From an uncultured virus (IMG/VR IMGVR_UViG_3300047094_002559) (lineage: Duplodnaviria; Heunggongvirae; Uroviricota; Caudoviricetes): a stretch of 62,297 nucleotides of DNA. Below are positions 55,165 to 62,297 of the stretch, piece by piece. The notes below the pieces were generated by a model that was not told where the DNA came from, ran no database searches, and saw nothing but the letters and a program-made list of their open reading frames with translations. Numbering within the stretch: position 1 is the stretch's first letter; every line of letters begins with the position of its first letter. A program made the translations under genes and the position numbers. Location of the stretch: the IMG/VR virus record IMGVR_UViG_3300047094_002559; one strand, 5' to 3'.

Positions 55165-55192
55165 TTATGACGCACCACGCCTCGGAATTGCA
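55165..55192 (-). promoter_or_regulatory. TGCAATTC-N13-GTCATAA motif, copy 2
   Basis: See 47686-47713. Confidence 0.55.
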
Positions 55193-55197
55193 CCGGA

Positions 55198-58100
55198 TCA
55201 GCCGAAACGGCTCGCCGCTTGTCCCGTCTGGCTCGGCGCAGCAGGAAGTGGCGTCGCGGCTGACCCAGCTGGGTCAGCAGGAAGTGGCGTCGCGGCTGAC
55301 CCAGCTGGCGCTGCGGGTTTGTCGTAGCCGCCCATCCATTTTTTGGCGTAGTGACCAACCAGCGGCATCGCAGCAGCCATCAGATAGGTAGGCAGACCCG
55401 CGAAAGATTTCAGCGCCGGGAGGCGCTTACTGCCGAGCGCGCGAAGACTCTTGTATCCGCGACGACCAGCGTCCAGCTCACTCGCCAGTGTCGCACCACC
55501 GAAAGCAGTGCCTGCCAGCGCGATGTTGCGCCCAGTTGTCTCGTCCTTCGCAAACAGCCCTGCCTGTCCCAGTCCCAGCATTCCGCGCGCGCCGATTAAG
55601 TTGGCACGAAATAGCGCGCGCCCACCTTGTGCGTGCCCGAGCTCATGCGCCAGCGCACCCGGGCGCATCATTCGTTCGGACAGGCCAATTTGTGGTCTGC
55701 CGTTTGGTTCGTGGTAAAATGCCTCTGGCGCCGCTGGCTTAAAGAAATTCGCCGCGGAATAACGAGGCTGTTCGACACGCCCCAGCCTGACTCCGCTGCT
55801 GACGGCTTGATTGGACAGACGATTAAAAATTTTCTGCTCCGCCCGTGTGTTCTCCGCTCCGTGAATCCACGGCGCTACGCGCGTCGCGTAGGCGAGGCTC
55901 GCCGCAGCCGCTGGCACCTGCACCATCGAACCGCCGAGTAATCCCCAACGCCAATCCAGTCCCTCGTTGTCCCCCTTCAGAAACTCGCCGACTGCCGCCG
56001 CCTTCACCATCTGCCCCGCAAACGGCTTCTTGTGGTCCCCGTCCTTCAGCCACTCCTTGAACTGCGCAAAGGTGCACGTGCTCGCCGGCATCTCCGGCCA
56101 TCCCCGCTGGTAGTTGCTGCGATACAACCGGACACCCTCGTCCTGGCTGTCGCACCCGAGTAAAAATTTCGACTCGTCGTATTTACCCCCGAGATGCTGA
56201 TCGATCACGACCACCAGCTCGCTCGCCTTGTTGGGACCGACGAACACGTCGAGGTGATCCCCGTCGATGGCTTTCGGTCGCACGCGCTCGCCCGACTTCC
56301 CGCCGGCCGCGGAGCGAATGTATCCGTAGGGGCACGTCAGCACCGACTCCCATTTTTTACCTTCCTTGGTGGTGCCACGGCGAATGCTGCCTTTCTCGTT
56401 CTCGATCGTGATGTCGATACCATGGAAGTCCACGTGGCCCATCTTGAAATTTTGAGACTCGATTTGAGCCTGGCTGGGATTCGGGCGCGCGTGGTCGATC
56501 CGACGATACCGGGCCAGCTTCTCGAACGGTGTGATTGCGGCGATGGCCGCAGACTTGAGCATACTCCCCGGACGTTGAAATGGCACCGCATAATTCGCCG
56601 CCGCATGTGCCCGCGCAGACAATACGCGACCAAGCAACCCGTTCGACATGCCAGGATACTGCTGCCGCAGAAAGTCACGCGTCGCCGTCAATCCTTCGCG
56701 ATCTTTTTCCAGCATGTAGGCAATCGGTAACCTCTTAGCCTGCATACCGCCGAGCGAAGCAGGCAACCCCGTAGCTCTCAGATGTCCAACCAGTTCTCCA
56801 GGGACTTCATCCAACGAGCCAATTACCGGGCCCATAGTAGGACTCAACATGGCCGACAGGCGCCGGCGAAGATAGTTTGAAAACTGCGGCTCCAGATTTT
56901 CTTTTTGATGCCCCAGCTCGTGCGCGAGAACTCCCATGATTCCAGGTCTCGCCGGCGCTCCAGGGTCTATGGCTCCTCCGCTTACGACCACGCGGGCGCG
57001 GGGTCCGGCGACCCTGTAAGACACCCGACCGCGATGGATGCGCCGCGGTCCAAGTCCTTCAAAATAAGAATGCGCAGAGTCGAAATTGCCGCGGCTTGCC
57101 CACCCTCCACTCTGGTCGTATTTCCGGGACGCCAGCAGCTTGATCTTCGGCGGTAAAAGCTGCACATCTCGCAGATCTTTTGTCGACTTGTTTGCTACGC
57201 GCAGCAGAGGATGTGGCGGCGTTCCTTGCAGCTTAAACCGAAGCTCTTGCAAGGGCGCGACGCCTGCCGTCTCCTGCAGCTTAAACAACTGCGCAGGAGA
57301 AATTCCGATTCCTGGTTCGTATTTCCGCGCCCCATTGTAAAGTCTCCACAGTCCCGGCGCTTGCGGACTGAACGCATCCTGCATCACTGGGGACAGATTC
57401 TGATGCACAGCCGCACGCAGGTTGTGCGAAGTCTGCACAACCGAAGGCAGAGCAAGTTCGGGCATTCCGAGTCTTTGTAGCGAGTCCTTGCCGAGCTTTC
57501 CGGCGCGCAGCAGATCAGTCAGACGGTTGGCCGACTTCGTCCTCGGCGGTCCGTAACGCTCGCAGACCTCGCACATCTCGACGTCTGGTAACGGCTCGCC
57601 CTTGGGCAATTCATTGCCGCATCCTGGGCATTTGGCTGCTGCGCTTTTGGTCCTCACCGAATCGGCGATGTCGTCTGCCCATTTATCCACGGTATCGTAG
57701 CGGGCGTCGAATCCTGGTAGAGCCGCAATCTCACTGTCGAGGCTGGCGGCGGACTTCTCCTGTGTCAGTTTGTCCGCCGTTCGCTTCCCCGTGCGGACGG
57801 CATCCAGTCCTGCCAGGCCGGCGACGCCCAGGGCTCCGAGGCCGAATGCTGCTCTGAATGCGCCGTTGGCCTTCAAATTCTTCAGTATCTCAGGACTGCG
57901 ACCGCGGATCAGCGCCCACAAACTGGGTGTGCCTTTGTAAACACGACGACTGGGAATCGTCCAATCCACGGAAAAATTATGTATGTCCGGTTTGTTCCAG
58001 GCTCCAGGCCGTGACGTTATTACATCCGGGACTGCGCGCCGTAACTCGTCGGGTGTCAGCGTAGTTGACAAAACGACACCTTGACTTCCGGGAGTAGCAT

Positions 58101-58971
58101 GAGCCGCTGATTCTGCGTAGCTCTTCGCCTCTGTCTTCCCCCCAAAAAATCCTTTTGAGAGAAATGTCTTCGGTGTTGATAGGTTTTGCTTAATCTTTTC
58201 CAGTCTCGTCAGCTCTTCCGCCACGTCGCGCTGAATAAGGTTTTCAGGGACGCCGTTTCTCTTTGAGGCATCCTGAAGCCTGCCGATTTCTTCAGCCTTC
58301 AAAGCGACCCACTTGTCTACGTTGTTGTGCGGCTTTAGACCGTCCCGTATGATGCCAGGCAGATGTTCGGTCGACGTGCCGTGATACATCTCCGATGGAT
58401 TCAACAGTGTGCGCGCCGCGCCCTTCAAAGCCTTGTAGCCGACGAACGAGTCTGCGCCGATGCGCAGCGGATTGACGACGCCCTCAGATACGGAGAGACC
58501 ATCGTGTTCCGCAGCGGACTGCTTCTCCATAGACGCTATTTTTTCCGCAAGCGTCGCCGCGCCGCGCACAGCTGCGGTTCCCAGTGTTCCGACCGCCTGG
58601 CGGACATCTGGGTTGAGCAAGCCGCGCATCATGTCCGTTACAAACTGCCGGCGGTCCACGGGTCTATTGCTCATGCCTTTGACCGCCGCCTCGCGGGAAC
58701 GCATCTGCAGCAGACGCAGCGGGTCGTGCGCCTTCGCTGCGTGATCGACTTTGGACGCCACGCCCATCACGCCAAGGGCCGGCGCGAGCACTGGGGCGGC
58801 CACTGCCTTGCCAATATTTTCAACGGCGCTTCGGCGCCCCATCGCGACAGGATTGGTTAGGGCATGCTCGACTTTGCCCAGGCCGACGCCGCGCAGAGAG
58901 CGCATAGTGCGCAGAAGATCGCCCACCGCCAAAAATACGTTGGCCGACTTGGTATGCGCCGTTTTGTTCAC
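55198..58971 (-). CDS. Modular polyprotein-like protein: ART-like, Zn-ribbon, HExxH, pyrophosphatase-like and membrane Zn-peptidase modules
   Basis: 'YHGT...I...GL...A..YA', CPGC/CEVC, HELGH twice, 'ITIEN.KGS.R...YGYI...DGDHLDVFVGP...DE.K'. Boundaries TKSAN, EKIAS/EKQSAA, EKSAA, TKSAA, TKSAN, LKSAA, VKAAA. GTG start 58971 (GTGA overlap). Confidence 0.75.
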   Translation of the reverse strand: MNKTAHTKSANVFLAVGDLLRTMRSLRGVGLGKVEHALTNPVAMGRRSAVENIGKAVAAPVLAPALGVMGVASKVDHAAKAHDPLRLLQMRSREAAVKGMSNRPVDRRQFVTDMMRGLLNPDVRQAVGTLGTAAVRGAATLAEKIASMEKQSAAEHDGLSVSEGVVNPLRIGADSFVGYKALKGAARTLLNPSEMYHGTSTEHLPGIIRDGLKPHNNVDKWVALKAEEIGRLQDASKRNGVPENLIQRDVAEELTRLEKIKQNLSTPKTFLSKGFFGGKTEAKSYAESAAHATPGSQGVVLSTTLTPDELRRAVPDVITSRPGAWNKPDIHNFSVDWTIPSRRVYKGTPSLWALIRGRSPEILKNLKANGAFRAAFGLGALGVAGLAGLDAVRTGKRTADKLTQEKSAASLDSEIAALPGFDARYDTVDKWADDIADSVRTKSAAAKCPGCGNELPKGEPLPDVEMCEVCERYGPPRTKSANRLTDLLRAGKLGKDSLQRLGMPELALPSVVQTSHNLRAAVHQNLSPVMQDAFSPQAPGLWRLYNGARKYEPGIGISPAQLFKLQETAGVAPLQELRFKLQGTPPHPLLRVANKSTKDLRDVQLLPPKIKLLASRKYDQSGGWASRGNFDSAHSYFEGLGPRRIHRGRVSYRVAGPRARVVVSGGAIDPGAPARPGIMGVLAHELGHQKENLEPQFSNYLRRRLSAMLSPTMGPVIGSLDEVPGELVGHLRATGLPASLGGMQAKRLPIAYMLEKDREGLTATRDFLRQQYPGMSNGLLGRVLSARAHAAANYAVPFQRPGSMLKSAAIAAITPFEKLARYRRIDHARPNPSQAQIESQNFKMGHVDFHGIDITIENEKGSIRRGTTKEGKKWESVLTCPYGYIRSAAGGKSGERVRPKAIDGDHLDVFVGPNKASELVVVIDQHLGGKYDESKFLLGCDSQDEGVRLYRSNYQRGWPEMPASTCTFAQFKEWLKDGDHKKPFAGQMVKAAAVGEFLKGDNEGLDWRWGLLGGSMVQVPAAAASLAYATRVAPWIHGAENTRAEQKIFNRLSNQAVSSGVRLGRVEQPRYSAANFFKPAAPEAFYHEPNGRPQIGLSERMMRPGALAHELGHAQGGRALFRANLIGARGMLGLGQAGLFAKDETTGRNIALAGTAFGGATLASELDAGRRGYKSLRALGSKRLPALKSFAGLPTYLMAAAMPLVGHYAKKWMGGYDKPAAPAGSAATPLPADPAGSAATPLPAAPSQTGQAASRFG
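55239..55308. repeat. 34-bp direct repeat, 36-bp period (PAGSAATPLPA x2)
   Basis: cagcaggaagtggcgtcgcggctgacccagctgg twice. Confidence 0.9.
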
Positions 58972-60890
58972 AGTCCGTAAAAACGATTCAGGACTTCTTG
59001 TGCAGCCTCCAGGTGCGACGGCAGCGCATTCTTCGACCATTTTCCATGTCCAGCCGCGACGGCGCGAGTGTGTGCAAGATTCTCACGGATCAGATTGCCC
59101 TGCGCGTCCACCATGTTCACATGTTTTCCTAGCCACGACGCATCGTTCGAGGCGCCTGGAATCGCCGGAGCGACCGGCAACCGGGCGGCAAGACGCGGGT
59201 CGGACGCGTGCAGGCGTCTGACAGCCGTCGCTGCGTTGGCTGGTGCGTGCACCTTACTGAACGGCACCCAGCGACCCGCTGATTCGGCGCCGCTGCCAGT
59301 GCCGCTGGACACATACATCGGCTGCTTCATGACATCCACGTTGGCTTTGTCGTATATCGCTTTGCCGCTCGGGTCATACCCGGTGCGGTAGCGCTGCCGC
59401 ATTACCATCGGGGACATCTGACGCCCGCCAGCGGTTCCCACGTCGTCGACCCCAGCTTGAAAGTAATCGACCAAACCGACGCCGTGCTGCTTGGCACCGG
59501 GCAGCCTGGCTTCGGCAGACCCCATGTAGCGCAGGTTCGGATTGCGACGCGTGACGTCATCCACGCTGTTGATCATCCCAAGCCCTCGGCGCCCGATGAG
59601 GCGGCTGTTCGTCGCAAGCGCATCCTCGACGGCGCCTACGAACTGGTTTGGGATACCGTGGTTCTTGGGAAGTCTGGATGTCGCGCGCGCCAAACCAGCC
59701 CCGGCAGCTCGCAGGCCACTGCCTGCAGCCCGCAGAAGGGCGGTCGCGGACTTCTCCATCGGCGCCGCGATTCCGCCGAGCCGTTCGATCGTGCTGCCGG
59801 ACTTGAACATCAACGCGGGATCCGGTCCGAGGATACGATCGGCACGGCGCGACATCAGTTCCCGGAGAGCCTCCGGGTTCTCAGCATGCATGCGCATCAT
59901 GCGAGGATTCCGCCTGATCGAGTCCGTCCACGGCGTCGTGTTCAGTCCCGATACCTGCTCGAACTGTGTTGCAGCCGGACCGCCCTGCGTCCACCGCACC
60001 GACTGAGCTGTCTGGTTCCTGTAGTTCTGCGCGGCGCGTGAGGCGCGACCGGCAGGGAAGTATCCGTGCTGCTTGGACAGCCAAAGCGGTTCACGATCGA
60101 AGCCGGACGCACGCAACTCGGTACCGAGAAACGGATTGTGCCGCGGCATGACAGTCGTCTCCGCATTACCGAGCATCTGCGAGTAGTTTTGACTGGCGTT
60201 GCGCGCGCGGTTGCGGGCAGTCCCTGTGACCGCTTCCTCGGGACCCCAGGGTCTCCAGACCTTCTGTCCTGGCGCCGACCCGTAGTGGTGGATCGCCTCC
60301 ATCGTGTTGGCGGAATACAGCGGCGACCGCGCTAACCGCTTCTCGGGCTCCAGAAACGGCGTGTGCAGCCGCCCATACAAGCTCGCTGTTGCTTTGTCAG
60401 GCGCTGCGTAATGGAACGCGCCGCCAAAAGATCCACCTCCCCAGGGGTCGCCGCCGACGGTGCCGCGAAAGAGTCGCCCATCCGCTGCAGGCACCGGCTG
60501 CCCGTGGCGCCGGAACAGCTTTTCGTGTGTGGACGGCACGTGCATACGGTCGAGCTCTGCCAGCCAGGCACTGTCGCCCTGTGCCTTGAACGGAGCGAGG
60601 CGAGTCTGCTTCGCGTCTGCTGCGATGTTGGCCACCCGCCTACTGATCAAATCCCGGCCCGGCTCGCGCAGCGTGGTACCCACGGCTTGCTTGAGCGCGG
60701 ACAGATTCGTCCAATGCGGCTTAGCTTCAATTCCCATGCGTCCGAGAAGCTCAGGCAAATGACTCAGCATCCGCCATTTCTTCTGCGCCTCCTTCTCCAT
60801 CTCAGGCGACGCACCGAACACCCGCAAATCTCGCGGCATCGCCTGCGCGAGCGCTGTGCTGTAAGCGTGTGAGTTTCGTGTCAGTCCCAT
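58968..60890 (-). CDS. Modular protein with possible ART-like module
   Basis: Boundaries EKEAQ, FKSGS, EKSAT; 'LFRG...YAAPDKATASLYG'. Start likely ATG 60890. Confidence 0.65.
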   Translation of the reverse strand: MGLTRNSHAYSTALAQAMPRDLRVFGASPEMEKEAQKKWRMLSHLPELLGRMGIEAKPHWTNLSALKQAVGTTLREPGRDLISRRVANIAADAKQTRLAPFKAQGDSAWLAELDRMHVPSTHEKLFRRHGQPVPAADGRLFRGTVGGDPWGGGSFGGAFHYAAPDKATASLYGRLHTPFLEPEKRLARSPLYSANTMEAIHHYGSAPGQKVWRPWGPEEAVTGTARNRARNASQNYSQMLGNAETTVMPRHNPFLGTELRASGFDREPLWLSKQHGYFPAGRASRAAQNYRNQTAQSVRWTQGGPAATQFEQVSGLNTTPWTDSIRRNPRMMRMHAENPEALRELMSRRADRILGPDPALMFKSGSTIERLGGIAAPMEKSATALLRAAGSGLRAAGAGLARATSRLPKNHGIPNQFVGAVEDALATNSRLIGRRGLGMINSVDDVTRRNPNLRYMGSAEARLPGAKQHGVGLVDYFQAGVDDVGTAGGRQMSPMVMRQRYRTGYDPSGKAIYDKANVDVMKQPMYVSSGTGSGAESAGRWVPFSKVHAPANAATAVRRLHASDPRLAARLPVAPAIPGASNDASWLGKHVNMVDAQGNLIRENLAHTRAVAAGHGKWSKNALPSHLEAAQEVLNRFYGL

Positions 60891-60986
60891 TTGCCGAACG
60901 TGTAACAGACAATGCCGATGATTGCCACACCTGAAACACACGCAATGATCAGGCACGCCGCTTGCACGCTCGCGATCATGAGTGGT

Positions 60987-61331
60987 TTATTTGGGGGCGG
61001 GGGTTGGGGCGGCGGGCGGCAACGTCATCGCGTCGCGCCATTTCTTCAGTGCCTCCATGTCCAGCCAGAGCTTCCCGTAATCCGCGTCGAGCCGCACCAG
61101 CGCTGTCCGACTCTCCTTCATCAGGTTGACCATGCCGGGCTCCTTGTCAGTGCCGAGCAGCATCTCCTTGAACTGCCGGTGCTCATTCTGCCAGTCGCGC
61201 TTCGCCACGGCATTGTCGATGGTCCAATTCCAGGTCTTGTATCCGATGACCACGGCGGCCGCAATGGTCGAGACCACCTTGAAGGTTTTGTCGGTGACGG
61301 TGAAGCGGAATTGCGACGTCTCCTCGGGCAT
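60987..61331 (-). CDS. Small single-TM protein, holin/lysis-accessory candidate
   Basis: One hydrophobic helix plus coiled coil, directly after the endolysin. Confidence 0.45.
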   Translation of the reverse strand: MPEETSQFRFTVTDKTFKVVSTIAAAVVIGYKTWNWTIDNAVAKRDWQNEHRQFKEMLLGTDKEPGMVNLMKESRTALVRLDADYGKLWLDMEALKKWRDAMTLPPAAPTPAPK

Positions 61332-61337
61332 TTGGAT

Positions 61338-62270
61338 TTACAACGGTGAGCGGTGGACGGCGGGCATGCCGACAAATCCACACGCCTCACGGATGGCGAG
61401 CAGATGCTCCTCAAATGCCGGACCAGGGTCGTTCTTGCGCTGTGTGATTCGGTCGTGGCCGGTCACGTCATGCAGTTCGTAGCGGGCGACCAGCAGCTTG
61501 CTGAGCGCCAGCACCGAGGCGATCTGTGCCGGGTAGAAAATCTCCCACTCATCTCCGCCGTTTTGTTTTCCCGACCAGTGCGGTGCGAGCACGGTGGCGA
61601 ATCCGGGGACGTTTTTGCGTCCCCATCCGAACGCGCCTTTCGAGTCGCCCAAGTTCGCAATCTCAATTCCGATGGCTTCGTCGTTTCCGCCTTTACCATT
61701 GGCGGAACTGTAAAGTATGCCGGTTGCGGGATCGACCCACTGGCTCCTGCCTGCGTGAAATGCTTTTTGATTGCAGGGAACGTGCTGCACGATTGTTCCG
61801 TCCCGATCGATCGTGAAGTGCGCCGAGACGCCTCGCGCCTTCATAACGTCCACAGCACCGTCAACGTCCTTGATGCAGTCGCCGTTCAGATCCCCGTCCC
61901 CATCCGCACCTCCGGTGAAGTGCTCGACAAGGTAGCGCGGCTTGAGAGGGCCTCCACTGGAAAGCGGCTGCCGCCACACACCAACGAGCCAGTGATCCGA
62001 CCCCATGTTCAGCCCACCGGGAATCAGGACGTCGATCTTGGGGGCTTCCTTCCCTGCAATTGCAGCCTGAAGGCGACCCTCGGACTTCACGCCCCAGCGT
62101 CCGTCCACATCGTCACCCTCGAATCCGAGGACGGCCTGCACGAGCTTGATTGTCGCCCCGTCCGCCTGGGTGAGGGCCGTGCGTGACTTCCGTCCGAAGT
62201 CGTTGTCGATTTTGAATGCGTAAAAACCCGCGTCCTTCAGGGTCTGTTGGATGCGTTCGATCTTGGTCAT
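61338..62270 (-). CDS. Endolysin: N-acetylmuramoyl-L-alanine amidase (Amidase_2/AmpD-like) with N-terminal peptidoglycan-binding repeats
   Basis: 'EHFT', 'SAHFTIDRDG', 'AFHAG', 'IGIE', 'GH....RKNDPG'. N-terminal 'IDNDFGRKS' and 'VDGRWGVKS' repeats. Confidence 0.9.
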   Translation of the reverse strand: MTKIERIQQTLKDAGFYAFKIDNDFGRKSRTALTQADGATIKLVQAVLGFEGDDVDGRWGVKSEGRLQAAIAGKEAPKIDVLIPGGLNMGSDHWLVGVWRQPLSSGGPLKPRYLVEHFTGGADGDGDLNGDCIKDVDGAVDVMKARGVSAHFTIDRDGTIVQHVPCNQKAFHAGRSQWVDPATGILYSSANGKGGNDEAIGIEIANLGDSKGAFGWGRKNVPGFATVLAPHWSGKQNGGDEWEIFYPAQIASVLALSKLLVARYELHDVTGHDRITQRKNDPGPAFEEHLLAIREACGFVGMPAVHRSPL

Positions 62271-62297
62271 GATTTTTTTTCGGTGACTTTTTGAGCG

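Noticed and set aside
58630..58670. DRRQF twin-arginine-like motif
   Set aside because: Internal, and not followed immediately by a hydrophobic h-region.
61860..61910. ADGDGD resembling the RNAP catalytic DxDGD motif
   Set aside because: It lies in a loop inside a complete amidase domain; at most a Ca-binding loop.
1..62297. Stop-codon recoding, tRNA genes, terminase, portal, integrase
   Set aside because: Genes tile densely under the standard code with TAA, TGA and TAG all used as stops. No tRNA, terminase Walker motifs or integrase were recognised. A divergent portal among the hypothetical proteins cannot be excluded.

Overview
This 62-kb window is the virion-morphogenesis arm of a large, GC-rich, contractile-tailed (myovirus-type) phage, or a prophage or element of that type. 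Almost every real gene is on the minus strand. In transcription order (right to left) it carries: an amidase endolysin and a holin-like gene; four long modular proteins (47.7-60.9 kb); a stand-alone C-terminal half of a multi-subunit RNA polymerase beta' subunit; a block of head proteins (glycine-zipper proteins, a Zn-finger prohead protease, scaffold, decoration protein, major capsid protein); neck, tail sheath, tube and spike; tail chaperones with a -1 frameshift site; tape measure, baseplate and fibre genes; an AT-richer glycosyl/acyltransferase cluster; a sigma-70-family factor; and baseplate wedge genes. The most striking feature is a K-x-A(A/S/G) motif that is dense in head-region proteins and separates unrelated domains in the long proteins. 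Those domains include ART-like, HExxH metallopeptidase, pyrophosphatase-like, GT28 glycolipid-synthase-like, Zn-ribbon and glycine-zipper modules. This suggests a protease-processed polyprotein virion-cargo system. A second pattern is a set of sigma70-like promoters placed 6-9 nt before start codons, implying leaderless mRNAs. No terminase, portal, RNAP catalytic (DxDGD) subunit, tRNA or CRISPR array was recognised. All assignments are by eye from motifs and gene order; no database searches were run.
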